NCBI GenBank assembly: GCA_951406725.2
Contig: OX597817.1
Span: forward strand, 100,874,001 to 100,938,000
Reading direction: 5' to 3'
DNA length: 64,000 nt
From: Octopus vulgaris
Taxonomy: Eukaryota
The translations under genes were made by a program, and so were the position numbers. The notes below the pieces were generated by a model. It was not told the origin of the DNA. It was given only the letters and a program-made list of their open reading frames with translations, and made no database searches. Below are positions 23,930-38,360 of this stretch, piece after piece. Numbering within the stretch: the first letter of the stretch is position 1; every line of letters starts with the position of its first letter.

Positions 23930-25639
23930 AATGTTTGGCTTTATGTTCAGTTATAGTAAGAACAATTTTACATTAATCTGATGGATTACTCTATAGTTTC
24001 GTAGAGTACAAATTCAATATTTTTAAACAAGAATATTACTGACAATGACGCAATTACAATTATTTATGACGCAATGAAGATGTGATGATCTCTCGCTAAC
24101 AAATTGCCGAAAAAGAACGCTGTGTAATAATAAAGGTGGTTCGCCTTCGTGTCGGAATTTTATATCCAGGACGATAAGAAATAAGGTTCTTTTGGCAAAG
24201 TTTTCTGTTAAGAAGTTGGTACATACGCACCTACGTACGTACATACCTATGCTCGTACGTATCTACCGCCTATCAACATACCTAGCTACCTACCTAGCTA
24301 CCTAACTACCTATCTACATACATACATACATACATACATACATACATACATACATACATACATACATACATACATACATGCATACATACATACATATGCA
24401 TACCTACAAACATACACCAGTATATTGTTGATAATATTACTCGGATTCCACAAAGAGCGCAATCAAAAAGTTCATATCACTTGCGATGGAAGAGCTTTTT
24501 ATTGTTGTTGTTTCCTCTTCTTTTATCTTCTTTTATTGCTTAGTCTATTTTGTAACAATTTCTGATACCGGAGACGTGTTTGTTACTCAGGATCATCGGG
24601 GAGTGTTGTGTCGGCGACGATATTCGTGGTGACATTCTTCTCGATGTTGTTTGTCGTGTTAGTGATTATAGTTTTATGGCACGTGATTCTGGGGTTGCTA
24701 TTGGTTAACCGTTGGTACATCTCTGTTCACCCAGTGAAAGGGCTTTTCTTTAGCATCTCATTTACCTTTTTTTCACCTCACCTGTTAGGTTGTTTTCAAT
24801 GAAGCCAAATTTTTGACAAAAACATACATTCTGAAGAAATTTTGGAAGTGAGAAAGCGTAAAAGGAACTGACTACCTTTATTACTACTAGCAAAAATTGT
24901 ACAATAAAAGAAGCGATAACAAAGTCCTAGTCGGCGAAAATCAATAATAAACTTACCAAAAGCAATCAGCTCAGTAGGTAGACTGGAAGCAACAACAACT
25001 GCAGCAGCACCACATCTACCATCACCACCGTTGTTACTACATATTATTATTATAACACCCGCATCAGGAACTTCAAACAAGATCGCGCGCGCACACACAC
25101 ACACAGGCGCGCGCACACACACACACACAAGCTGGCTCATCTTTCCCTGCTGAATAACTCTCAAATAACGAAGAAAAACAGTGGACCGTGGAATTTAGAG
25201 GGTGGTAAGTCGTCAACAGAAAGGCCCTAAAGCAAAAAGCAATAGGCGATAACTCCACCCAAAAACCACAAACGTAGACGACACCTATCAAAACACCGCA
25301 AATTGTTACACACCAGCACATTCACCAAAACAACACAAAAACAACAAAACAACAAACCACAAAACCATCTTTTCTACGACCAAATAATTTCCTACAACAA
25401 GAAAACACAGACAGCAACAATTATAAGACACACAAACACAGCAACAACAAACACCTCAAAAGAAACAACGAATACAACGAAACACTCAAGTAGAAAAAAA
25501 AGTCATTTTTACCGAGATAAACAAAAACAACAAGGTGTTAATGGAGTGCATAAAAACATCATAAAGCCGAAATAACAACAGAATGAAAAGAATTTAAAAA
25601 ATTCATCCCTAAAAAAAGAGAGGGTGCGTATAAAAACAT

Positions 25640-26935
25640 CGTACTTGGAGTATTCGTTAAGTTAACTGACAAAGATACTAGGTTATTCACAGTTCAAACT
25701 GGTTGTCTACACAGATTACATACTTGTGATCTTCACAGTCGCCTTAGATAAGGCTCATAGACAGGTCCCGGCTACTGGAAGTTGAATGTGTCTTTCCCGG
25801 AGCGAAAAACTACAGAGACCTAGTTAGTAAATTGATTAAGAGACATCTGACAGGGGCAATAGTGAATAACAGGTGTTAGGGAACCCTGAAGGGAGCAAAT
25901 AAATATGAGTCAATAGCAACGAACAGCGTAGTAGGTCGATGGACAGACGGATCATCAAAATTCTGCTGGACAAGAACAAGAATGAAGCTACGAGCAGTGT
26001 TCGGTCTCACTCAGAAATGGGCCAAGATGATATTATCCCTGAAAAGTCGAGTAGAGGCGGTGAATGCGCACACCACCTCTTCAACAACTTACCGCTGAAC
26101 GTTGTACCTTACCCTAGTCCACTTTCAGCTTCCTGTTGAAAGGACGCGTTCCATAGGTCAAGCGGTCCATCCGTTGCCAGTGCTCTCTGGATGGCAGGTT
26201 TGGCATGCCATGGTTGCCAATGCGCAGACACGCGCTGCGGCAACGTCACTTAAGATTTTCCTGGATCTCTTTGATGGAGCTGCAATCCTTGATCAAGAAA
26301 AGACCAAGATTAGACACTTGGTATCTAGAACGTCGTCAGGCGCTCACTGCTCTCTGCCAGTCGGGCAATATGATCGGTGGAAATTCTACGGTAGTAATAT
26401 ATAGAAATATAGTGGTGGCTAAGAGCGATGACGTTCTCAATGAAACTCTAGGCATCGATGAGGATGAACGAGTTGGTCTATTTCGGAGGATTTTTGGGCC
26501 CGCTACTACCATGGATAACTTCCAGAAATCCCTGGTCTGGCAGTGTTACCGATGAGTAACGACAGTTCGAGGTAGATTCTACAGGCACGGAAGCACTGTC
26601 AGGCGGGACTGTCCGAAAACGATGAAACCATTCTGCATGTACTTGCGCAGTGTCCGAGTATTGATAACTTGTGGAGTCATGTTGAACAGCTGTTATCGCA
26701 TGTGAGAAAAATCGGACTATCGGCTGAATCAATAGTAAGAATTGCTCCGCCACCTACCTTTAGCAAGCGAGGGCATGCGGTGTTCCTCTGTCTAATGACC
26801 ATAGCGAAAGAGGTTGTGTGGTAGGTGAAGCTGAAAGGATTGATAAAAGACACCTTCCTCTTCGGTGAAGCTCTCATCGAATTTCTTAAGTCCTACTCGG
26901 AAAGAAAAGTGAGGGTGGAGAGGGACGTGCTACCT
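25640..26935 (+). mobile_element. Tx1/L1-like ORF2 remnant with RT region deleted
   Basis: QGPGYWKLN (~25765), then QKWAKMILSLKSR (~26015), MPWLPMRRHALR, QKSLVWQCYR and ETILHVLAQCP (zf-RVT-like). Related to the element at 57125-61260. Confidence 0.7.
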
Positions 26936-27419
26936 CATCTCTTACCTCTTCATTACCGCTTTCTGCTACTGCTGTTTCACTCTCCCTCTGCTCTTTTTTA
27001 ATTGTGTTTCTCTGAATTTCTTCAATCTCTACTACCGTAATCTATGCTTTAATCGAGTGGATGCTTTAAAACTTCCTTTTTCATCCCATATTCTCTTCAT
27101 TCGATTTGTGAAGCCTCTTTTATTTCACTCACTTCTTAGCCAACATACTATTACTATCTGTTTACATCCTTTTCCCATTTCATTCTTTTTCTTTTGTCCT
27201 TTTGACTGCGATTTTGGTCCTGATCAATTGCTTGATGATGACCTACTGGAGCTTGATCAGATACTCTTCGCCTGCCGTGCGCGGAACCTTCAATGTTAAC
27301 AATTCCAGTCCCGTTAGCACAGATGTGGTTATTATTTAATTTTGACATCATTCATTTAGAGGTAGCGTTTGCAAGGTTGTGAAATCACCAGTATTTTTAT
27401 CGTGACACCATCACTCTGC

Positions 27420-27484
<65 letters not shown>

Positions 27485-28120
27485 TATAATAATAATATAT
27501 TCACTGGGTAATTTGCAAACAACCTAGAGCTGCCCCATGATAAAAACTGGTGGAAACACAAAACACCTCCAGTGCTTGAAAATGATCACATCTCACTCCT
27601 CGGAACTTCACTATTCAAACTGACAGAAGATAGATGCAAATAGGCCAGATATTATATTGAAAGACTTCAGACTAAAATCATGCCTCCTCATTGATATGAC
27701 TGTCCCAATCAATATAAATGTATCTGTCAAGACCTACCAAAAACTGAACAAGTATAAAGATCTTGAAATAGAAATTTGCAACATGTGGAACCTCAAGACT
27801 AACACAATACCTGTTGTCATAGGTGCCCTAGGAATGATAGCAAAAGGAGCTGATTGCTACCTAGCAGAAATTCAAAAGATAGTGCTCATGGGAAATGCCC
27901 ATATCCTACGTAACATACTGTCTATGTAATCTCAAATTTTAAAACAAACTCATAATTTTCTTATGTTTACTTAAACATTCTCTAGAACAATACTATGTAC
28001 AAAGCCAAATATATGACACCCTAGGTTGTATCAACTTGAACTTCTAACTCGTTGTCTCTTGAGGTCTCTGGGTGAGACTTGGAGTCAACTTGTACAAATA
28101 CAAAGCAAAAGTCAAACATA
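27420..28120 (+). mobile_element. 3' fragment of Dong/R4-like RLE retrotransposon following (TAA)n
   Basis: NRPDIILKD...CLLIDMTVP...KYKDLEIEI...IPVVIGALG...QKIVLMG..HILR..LSM. Homologous to ORF 51042-51635. Confidence 0.85.
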
Positions 28121-28408
<288 letters not shown>

Positions 28409-29049
28409 GCAGTAGTAGCATCAGCAGTAGTCGTAGTGTTTTCAGTGTAACTTACTACGTTGATTGTTCTGGGTAAGTTTATTGCCAAGTGATTACTTTT
28501 TATTGCAGCTGGAGTCATTATTGAGGAAGGAAACTAGTACATTTTCTTCGAGGAGTGGTTAGGAAACCTTGAAGTGGTTTGTTAGGAGACTTCCTACTCT
28601 TGATTCCGTTCATCAAAAGCACGGAAGGGTTGCGTTTGCATTTATATTTCTCTCACAACCAATTTTATTAATATTTAAATCCGTTTCAGTCCTTCTGATT
28701 CACGCTGTGTTGTGCACAAACTATAACAATCAAAAAGATAAACAATAAGAGAAAACATTGCTCAGTCTTTAATAAAATCAATAGCAAAAACGACACAACA
28801 GAAAAAATGGAGAGACATGATACAGAAATATACATTGCTAAAAGTACTATAAAAACATGCAGTAACAAAAACAAACAAAAACTATCAGGAATCAAAGAAC
28901 GTCTAATGCAAAACATCGTCACTATCTCGAAACAAAAATATTAAAATAAATAAATCCGTTGCTACGAAAAGCAGCCACGTTTCTTTGAACAAAACAAACA
29001 GTTCAAACAATGTTATCAACAGTTAAGAGAAAATAAAAAAGTGTAGAAA

Positions 29050-30400
29050 TCAATAAAGGACTAACATCAAGAGAAGAATTCATGCGGGGTAGGGAGAGAT
29101 GGTCAGTTAAGGAATCACTATGGACAAGATCTTTCAAAACAACACAGTATCTTGGCAACTGAAGACAGATGTAACACAAGAAATGGTTCAGAAGCTGCAA
29201 AAACACAAATAGCTGGAAGGCACTAGGACATATGATCTTAAAACTGTAACACAAAGTGCTATCAGAGATATTTCCCGAAATACTGACGGAGCTGGAGACA
29301 ATAGTAGACTGGCCGATAGAAGGGAAAACTTTAAGATAGATAAAAAGCCGGAATTCAATTAGAATTTCTCAAACAATCAAGCTGTATATAAAAGAGCAAG
29401 AGGATTGCTACAAATGTTCATAACGTTGTCAAAATCAATAACAGATCGAAACAGTCATAAGGAAATCCTGCAAAAGGGGAAAGAAGGGCTTCAACCTGAA
29501 ATTGATTGGTTATCAAAAAATCATCTCATGGTGTTTCGCTTACTGCATCATGGAAACATTATCCTCGAGTGATGATGAGCCAATAATACAAAGACATGGA
29601 TAAATGACAAACATTTCTGTGGATCCATGATTATACAATCTAACCACATCTTCATTAAAATATGTATATTTTTCGGAAACTTCTCTGCCTGTCAGTTTGT
29701 CTGTCTGTTTTCCACTCCAATTACGCTTGTCGCAACAACGTTTAAACCAAGCTGGATGGAAACATAAATGATATGGTAAGACAGTCAACCAACTTTTGAT
29801 GTGAATGTCTTCAGAATTTCGATGGAATATTAAACGACTAGAAACAAAATTTATAAGAATTGCTATGAAATTCATGATTCTAAAAATGTGACAGGGAATT
29901 CGCGAAAACCGGATGATCAGTAAATATATCATGATAAAGAAATAAGGGCAGGAAAATTATATCAAAATGTGATTTACAAATACTTAAGAATCAGAGAGTT
30001 CGACGCATTTTACGTACAAATAAAACAAAATTTTGGAAAGGAATATTATAGATGTATTAGATTAATACATAAAACAGAGCTAAAGGCAAAAGATAAAGTT
30101 ATAGACATCAATATTTAGCGGTCCTAGTAATTCATCATACTTATAATATTCTCAGTAGAACGATGGATGAGCCAGCGAACTAGACAAGAAAAAATAAGAA
30201 CAATAACCATTGAGTTTAGAATACATCACACAAACTAATGCAAGGTTATTATATTCATCATGGATTCAGAGTGGTTGAGGCCTATTTAACAAGAAAGATA
30301 ATAATGGAAAAAATATCTATTAAAAATCATTGGATAACTTACACAAATAGCTAGAAAACATGGAGGAAACAACTGTTTCTTATCTTGAAGGAGGGCAACA
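29050..30400 (+). mobile_element. highly degenerate Dong/R4-like RT remnant
   Basis: YKYLRIRE...KEYYRCIRLIHKTELKAKDKVIDIN (29975-30115) parallels YKYLGINE...KESYRRVLPVLKSELNARNKVLAIN of ORF 49131-50939. Confidence 0.6.
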
Positions 30401-30594
30401 AATAGGGAACAAAGGTTGAAATGATGGATAATTACATAATGTAGGCAGTGAATGAACTCAAAACAAACACTACTAGCCTGCCAGTCCATAGCACTTCGAT
30501 ACCTACCACTAACAGTTGCTATTTTTTTATGTATATAGCAGTTATTTCATTATATTTGAAATGTTCAAAGAAGATATATATATATATATATATA

Positions 30595-30735
30595 GGCGCA
30601 AGAGTGGCTGTGTGGTAAGTAGCTTGCTTACCAAACACATATTTCCGGGTTCAGTCCCACTGCGTGGCACCTTGGGCATGTGTTTTCTACTATAGCCTCG
30701 GCCGACCAAAGCCTTGTGGGTGGATTCGGTGGACG

Positions 30736-30817
<82 letters not shown>

Positions 30818-31005
30818 TCTCCCCAACATCGCTGCTTGACAACCGATGCTGGTGTGTTTATGACACTGTAACTTAGCGGTTCGGCAAAAGAGACCCATAG
30901 AATAAGTATTAGACTTACAAAGAATAAGTCCTGAAGTCGATTTGCTCGACTAAAAGCGGTGCTCCAGCATGGCCGCAGTCAAATGAATGAAACAAGTAAA
31001 AGATA
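30595..31005 (+). mobile_element. tRNA-derived SINE, family B (CORE-like), near full length
   Basis: GGCGCAAGAGTGGCTGTGTGGTAAG A-box, CCGGGTTCAGTCCC B-box, GGCACCTTGGGC CORE-like segment, internal microsatellite, A-rich tail. Confidence 0.85.
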
Positions 31006-31051
31006 AAAGAAAAGAAAGAAAGAATATATATATATATATATATATATAGGG

Positions 31052-31082
<31 letters not shown>

Positions 31083-31169
31083 GAAAGAGAGAGAGGGAGA
31101 CAAATGTATGTATGCATGTATGTGTGTGCATATATATATAAATATATATTTAACATATATACAAAGGAA

Positions 31170-31380
31170 CGTGGCGAGCTGGCAGAAGCGTTAGCACGCC
31201 GAGCGAAATTCTTAGCGGTATTTCGTCTGTCTTTACGTCCTGAGTTCAAATTCCACCGAGGTCGACTTTACCTTTCATTCTCTCGGGGTCGATGAATTAA
31301 GTACCAGTTGCGTACTGGGGTCGATCTAGTTGACTTGCCCCTACCCCAAAACTTCGGGCCTTGTGTCTAGTTAGAAAAGA
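31170..31380 (+). mobile_element. tRNA-derived SINE, family A (Meta-like central domain)
   Basis: GGCGAGCTGGCAGAAGCGTTAGC head, GAGTTCAAATTCC B-box, GTCGACTTTACCTTTCAT...GGGGTCGAT...AGTACCAG. Confidence 0.85.
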
Positions 31381-32299
31381 ATATAGGTACAGAGGAAATA
31401 AGGAAATGGAGAATGCATACACAGAATAATCAATATATTTATTATAGTAGTCAATTCATGTTTCCTACGCGTATTTGGGTTTATTACTTAAATCCATATT
31501 TATGCAATTAAATTGCATTATAAATTTGAAAAAGGTAAAAACCTTCATCATGGCAAATTTGAATGTTATCAAGGCAAAAATTGACAGTTATTTTTTCCAG
31601 ATGAATTGTACCATGTACGTTTTGGTTTCTGTTCTACAAATAACTAGAGGTTGATATTGACCTATTGGACAAGGGATAGGAATAGTTGCAATTCACACTT
31701 TTTGGTTGTGCTATTCAGTTTTTTACAAGCTAACCATTATCTCTGTTCAGTATGTCTATAAACACATTCCTCATTAACTATATATAAGTTTATAAACCCG
31801 CCCTTACTATTTGTACTATCCATCACGTTCACAATATATATTTATATGTTCTTATTATTGGTAAAAAATAAATCCAGGTATGTACCTATTTGCTACTTTT
31901 TACTTATTTATTTTTTACTTTATTCTTAATGTAAAAAGTTATATTAGTTATCATTAATATAATTATTATTTATATTTGTCTAATGAATAGTATAGCAGTG
32001 CGCTTCTTATGTATCGTATACACAGTGCTTATTTTTAACTAAAATCATTTAAATATAAAGAAAATATATTTAATTTTAAGAACTTAGTTTATTTTAATTA
32101 GATTTATTTAAATTCAATAAATATATTTTTTAACTCTATGGGTAGGCAAAACTCCCCTTCCCCTCCTATTATTAGTATATTCTATTTAGATATATTAGTT
32201 GATAGTTTGAATTCTTACATTATTTGTCTATTCAATTAATAGTGTTGATACAGACAGTTGTATCCTTGATGTAGTTCTCAGGAAGATTTAGGAAGATTC

Positions 32300-32960
32300 C
32301 TAGTGCCAAAACGAAATGAAATGAATGAAGAAGAGCAAAAAATCGAGAGTATCAAACACGAAGACAGAAAAGACTCAATTCAAAGAAGGAATGAAATTAG
32401 AGAACACAGATTGGCTCTCCAAGTGTTGATAGAAAATTTGACAACAGAAATAATAAGAGAGGAAATTAGAATTTCGCACATTGTGGCATAAAATTCTCAG
32501 CCTATGGAGGAGGAAGGAATTATTACTCAAGTAAGAACCGACCAAAACTTAAATGATCCAACAATGTTATAAGTGTAATAAATAACGTTACAAGGAAAAT
32601 TTTAAATGCTTCAGCAAGAAAACGCCAAAAAACACAAATGAAGTGAGTGACAATGAGAGAGAAATTCAAGAAGCAAGAAATTGAGAGTATCAAAGACGAA
32701 GACGGGAAAGACTCATTTCAAAGAAAGAATGAATTAGAGAAAATTGGCGCACCAAGTGTTGAGAGAAAATTGGACACAAGAAATTAGAGAGGAAATTAGA
32801 ATTTCGCACATTGTGAAAAAGAAATCTCAGACTATGGTGCAAAGGTCAAGATATGCTGAACTATGTACTTCTGTTAAATCATTTACAAATGCAGCATTTG
32901 ATTATGATCCAAATAAAAGTTATGACAGTCTATCAAATTTAGGAACAAAAATGTGTAATA
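32300..32960 (+). mobile_element. Helitron Rep-helicase N-terminal remnant with ~175-bp internal duplication
   Basis: NAAFDYDPNKSYDSLSNLG-KMC resembles the Helitron pre-Zn-finger AAFxYDP...IGxM..C motif. Duplicated blocks at ~32328-32508 and ~32668-32838. Confidence 0.55.
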
Positions 32961-33112
32961 TCGCTTTTAGTCGAAGACATCGACCCCAGTATTTATTCTT
33001 TCTAAGACTAGTACTTATTCTATCGGTCTGTTTTGCAAAACGGCTAAATTACGGGGACGTAAACACAGTAAAATCGGTTGTCAAGCGATCGTGAGGGTAC
33101 AAAGACAGACAC
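32960..33112 (-). mobile_element. SINE family B 3' fragment
   Basis: Reverse complement matches 30815-30945. Confidence 0.7.
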
Positions 33113-33176
33113 ACACACTGACGCACACACATATATGTTCATATACTTATGTACATAAGTATATAAATATATCCAT

Positions 33177-33208
<32 letters not shown>

Positions 33209-33253
33209 GTATGTATGCATGCATGTATGTGTGTATTTATGTACGTATATGTT

Positions 33254-33287
<34 letters not shown>

Positions 33288-33439
33288 CGTGTGTGTATAT
33301 ATGTATATGTATATATATATATCTATGAATACATATATATATAGATATATACATATAAATCTATTATATATATACATATAAACAAGCATACATATATATA
33401 TATACACATAATATATATACATAATATATATATATATAT

Positions 33440-33493
<54 letters not shown>

Positions 33494-33539
33494 GTACATA
33501 TATGCATGTATATATGTGAGATATATATGTGAGGTAATA

Positions 33540-33851
33540 GTTTCACTTTAATAGTTTCAATATAAATAGTGAGACCATCAAACAAAATGTACCTCGCTGT
33601 TCAATAGAGATATTAGTGTTTCATTTTTGGTACGTAATATTGAAATGTAGAAGATAACAGATTGCTCCGGGCTCGTATTAGGCAAGAAGCTTTTTTTGCC
33701 CATGACACTGCATGGACCCTAAGTAAGGCATGTGTGATATTTGAATGAAATCGGTTAGGTAGTTCTCAAGTTTTAGGGATTCACACAGACCAACAAACAG
33801 AGAAACAAACATGCGCAGATAGACACATGTTCTCAGTTTTATATATTAAGA
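33540..33851 (-). mobile_element. 5' part of non-autonomous Helitron (same family as 62498-63257)
   Basis: Reverse complement starts a^TCTTAATATATAAAACTGAGAA and shares CCTAAAACTTGAGAACTAC...CACATGCCTTACTTAGGGTCCATG. Confidence 0.75.
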
Positions 33852-33907
33852 TTATATTTATCAATCCCATTTTAAGACCCGACATAATTAACTTTCTGTA
33901 AATATAT

Positions 33908-33964
<57 letters not shown>

Positions 33965-33969
33965 TGAAC

Positions 33970-34165
33970 ACTCCACAGACACCTGTATCCTTGATGTAGT
34001 TCTCAGGAAGATTTAGCTTGACACAAAATGCGACAATGCTTGCCCTTTGCAATACAGATACTACTCATTTTTCCAGCTGAGTAGAATGGGACCACGGGAA
34101 ATAAAAGGCTTGCTCAAGGACACAACACATGAGCCGAATACCTTAACTACTAAGCCACACACCTT
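33970..34165 (-). mobile_element. tRNA-derived SINE, family C (CORE-like)
   Basis: Reverse complement GGTGTGTGGCTTAGTAGTTAAGG...TTGTGTCCTTGAGCAAG...ACTCAGCTGG. A short piece recurs at 32252-32291 and a diverged copy at ~47125-47260. Confidence 0.65.
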
Positions 34166-34246
<81 letters not shown>

Positions 34247-35299
34247 GACGGAAGAAGGGGAGAGTGAGAGAGAGAGAGAGAAAGAGGGATAGAGAGAATG
34301 AGACAGTGGCTGGAGTGTATAGAACGGAACATAAAAAGCATATGTTGAGAGTATGGATGCAAAGCAGGTAGCAAATGTGGATTCTATTGGGACTATTGCT
34401 GCAACAGGTAAAAATTGAAGCAAAAGTTTCAAATGAATTTCAGTTCCGTAATACTATTGATTTATTCTATTTTATTCAGAAGTTTTCCAAATGTGTCGTC
34501 GGTCTCATTCAACCATAATAACGGGTTTCGTGCATTAGATCTCAGTCCGTTTACTTTAACTTATGTAAATGAGTTGTTGTAGTTTCACTGAGCCTATGTT
34601 AATAGCTGTAGTACAAACTATATAAAGACTAATTTATATTTGCGTTAGATCTCGCATTGTTGCTTGGATTATGGGATCCGAACTGATATGCTGAAGAATG
34701 CCTGCATGATTCACTTAGATTTGTTTATTTGTCATAACTACAAAGCAACTTCTAATAAAGGGCGAAGAGATACACAAATTTGCTCTTTGCAATTAGTTTT
34801 CTTGAAACAAAGTTTTTGTATTCATTGAAAATATTTGTACTCGTATAAAAAGGACACTGATTAATGGGCTTCCGCAAAAACGAATACCCGATATCTAAAA
34901 GAAGGTAAAAAGAGAAAAAACCTGGATCTGAAACTAAAAAAAACTACAAAAATATATTCACAATGTAAAGCCATAGCAAAGCAGATATGTATGTTAATCG
35001 TTCATATTTCTAAGCAATATTGCACAAACAAATGTATTCTTTCAACGATTTAATGAAAAACGCATCGCCGCCTTATCTAGACTTAAAATCTAACAAATCA
35101 CTTTCCAATAACTGATATTATGCTGAAATAATATCAAATGTCTTATCGTAGAGAATATATGAAATCAAAACAAAGAGAGGCTTAAGACAGTAAAAGTACT
35201 AACAAATTAGAATTTGTGATATATAGGCTAATAATTTACAAACAACATTTTTGAACATCACGATAATAAAGATCTTTGCCTACATAAACTTTTCGACTA

Positions 35300-37200
35300 A
35301 AGATTGGTCCAAGCCATGTCTAACTTAATAGCACCACCTGATAGGATTATCTGAAGTCAAATTTTGTAGTATTATGGTTCATTCAAGTAGTGAGTTCTTG
35401 TTGAGTGAGTTGTATACAGGTATGAGTGACTTATGTGATATTCCTCGAAGAAATTTGTCCAGACTCCGTTTAAAGGTGATGGGATCCTTTTCCTCTTTGA
35501 TCAGGTTTGGGACAATGTTAAACAGGGCAGGGCCTGTTGAGGAAAAGAAATTGTATCGCAGTGTACATATATGTTGTGATCTTGAATTGGGTAGGGGACG
35601 TATGGCCCGTGGTCCCAGCCTTGGATGAACCTTGAAGCTAATGTTCAGGTTATTTGGGCAATGCTGGTGGTATATTCTCAACATCGTGCAAATGATGTAC
35701 CGTTCGAAGCGGCGCTGGAGAGAGTAGAGTTTCAAGGCTTTAAGGTGGTCCTAGCAATCGAGATCATTCATGCCTTCAATTCGTTCAGTGAGTGCCCTCT
35801 GGGGTGATTCAATTTTCGAGATGTTTTGTTTTGTATGGCGAGACCACAAGGGGAGCAGTTATTCGTGGTGTAGCCGTACAAAGGAGGAGAAAAGTGGAAT
35901 GATGATAACTTGTTCTCTGGACCGGAATGTTCTTAAGATCCAGGAGCTAATCCTACGAGCTATATCGACCTTATTGTTGATATGGGCACACCAACTGAGA
36001 TTGCTATCAACAATTACACCTAGTTCTCTGATATTATTAGATGTTGTGAGCAGTTCTCGCGAAGGAAGGGAGTATGACTGTTTTAGTATAGTCCTTCCAA
36101 AATGCATCAGCTCACATTTTCCCTCGTTTAGTTGTATGACTCACCGCATATAGATCAGAGTGGAGTTGAGTTCGGTCTTCTTCTTCATTGATGATTTGCT
36201 GGAGCATAGTGTCATCAGCAAATATTTTCACTTTGCAGTGATTTACGACGCTGGAAAGGTTGTTTATGTAGATATAAAGAGAGGAGTGAACCCAAGACAA
36301 TCTCCTGAGGGACACCACTGGGATTGAGTGAACTCCATTGTGTTCTATTTACCAGGAAATACTCAATCCAGTGTAGAAGCTTTCCACAGATTCCAACATT
36401 AGCCAATTTTGCGGGTAAGATATTATGATCTACCCTGTCGAACGCTTTACTAAAGTCAAGATATATGACACCAGAGTTCGAACCTGTTCCCAAGGCTTTA
36501 AGTATAAGCTCAAAGTGGTGTCATGCAGATTTGCATTTAGGAGTTTGTGGATCTTCAGGAAACCAGCTATCCTTGATCTTACCACTCTTTCAAACGCTTT
36601 AATGATGTCGGAGGTGAGTGAGATTGGACGATAGGGACTGCGAGGGATCCGTTTTTCTGTTTGAAAACCGTGATGACAGACTGAGTTAGGAGCTGTTTTG
36701 GTATATAACCTGAGTCTAAAGAATTTCTCCAGAGGTTGGTCAGAGGGACTGCAAGTTGATGTCTACATTCCTTCAGGAAACTAGCGGGGAATCTATCAGG
36801 GCCTACAGCAGAATATTATTTGACCTCATTTATTGCAGCTATAATGTCTGAGGCAGTGAAAGTTATGTCCGAGATTTTATGTTGGGAATCAACTTCGTTC
36901 GCTTCTCTTACGTTAATATCAGTGGGATCACTAAAGACAGTAGTATTGTTTCTGCAGTATTTCTGACATTTCTTTAGCATCGTGTTAGGGAATGCCGTTA
37001 TCATCGATCAATGGCATAATGGGTGAGACAGCGGTTCTATGCTTAGTTGCATAAGAATAGAACACTTTTGAGTTCTGTTTGATGTTTTTGATTACCCGCT
37101 ATTCCTCTGCAGCTCTGTGATTTTCAATGGAGGTTTTCATGCTGGTCTGCAGATGAAGTTTTTCTATCTTCAGAATTTTCATTGTTGTTGAATGTGGATA
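35300..37200 (-). mobile_element. CR1-group LINE, 5'-truncated and degraded (RT and C-terminus)
   Basis: IYLDFSKAFDRVDH, GVPQ, KIFADDT, MHFG, RELGVIVDSNLSW, LYSLQRRFERY, FKRSLDKFL. Confidence 0.88.
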
Positions 37201-37929
37201 TTGTATGTAGGAGTATTTTAATTGGTTGATTCTTTTATTGAGAGAAGTAAAAATATGAAGAGAAGTAAAAATATAGATAAAATAAAACTCGTAAGAGAAG
37301 ATATAACTATAAATGTGATTCAATGGAGAGCTTGATATTGCCCTCAAAAGCGAACGTTAAATAAACACCGTAAGATTAGATATTCCGAGCTAAATCTTCT
37401 TCACATTTATCGGTCATCTCTGCAAGAGCTACATTTAGTATTGTTCGCAATAAAACTAGATGTAGATATAATTTAGAAATAAGTGTGGGATATTAAAAGT
37501 TTGAGTTTAAAATAATATTTCAGTATTTGGTATTATTTAGAACAGACGTATGATAGAAAACTTGAAATGCATAAAAAACGGACAGTATGCCAGTATTCTG
37601 GTTTTAGAAACTAGTGGTCTTAAAACTCCAAAATGAAATTACAGCGAAATGTTTCTATCCAGTATACTTTGCCAATAGAATGTAGTTATTGACAATAAAG
37701 AACATGATAGTAGACTTTAAGACCAAGAATTTACAAAGTATTGAAAGTATCAAGAAAAAAAAAACTTACTATAGATTCTATGACGTTTGGATGAGAAAAT
37801 TAATCTCAAAGAAAACGGTAACGAAATAATTGTTTATACAGAAATAAACGTAGTTAATAGTTATTCAAATAGATAATATAACACCAGAATCCTAATCAAC
37901 AAAGAAAAAATACTTCAGTAGCAAAATAA

Positions 37930-38360
37930 TCCTTTTTACTACGAGCACAAGACCTGAAATTTTGGGAGAGGGGATAATCGATTACATCGACCCCCGTGGT
38001 TAACTGCTACTTATTTTACATACTGCGAAAAAATGAAAGGTGAAGTCGATCTCGGATGTATTTGAACTCACAACATAAAACGGACAAACTGCTGCTAAGC
38101 ATTTTGTCCAACATGGTAACAATTCTGCTAGTTTACCGCCTAAACAATACTAAATAATAGTTTCAAATTTCGGCACGAGGTCAGCAATTTCATGGGAAGA
38201 GACTAATCGATTACATCGACCCTAGTGCTAGACTTCTACTTATTTCATCGACCCCGAAAAGATGTAGGGCGAAGTCAACCTCGGTGGAATTTGAACTCAG
38301 AACGTAATGACGGACGAGGTGCCGCTAAGCATTTTGTCCGGTATGCTAACGACTCTGCAA
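37930..38360 (-). mobile_element. two tandem family-A SINE copies (~37930-38140 and ~38165-38360)
   Basis: Both match the reverse complement of 31170-31380. Confidence 0.8.

Noticed and set aside
30595-30670. tRNA gene
   Set aside because: A/B boxes are present but it is the head of a multi-copy SINE and forms no complete cloverleaf.
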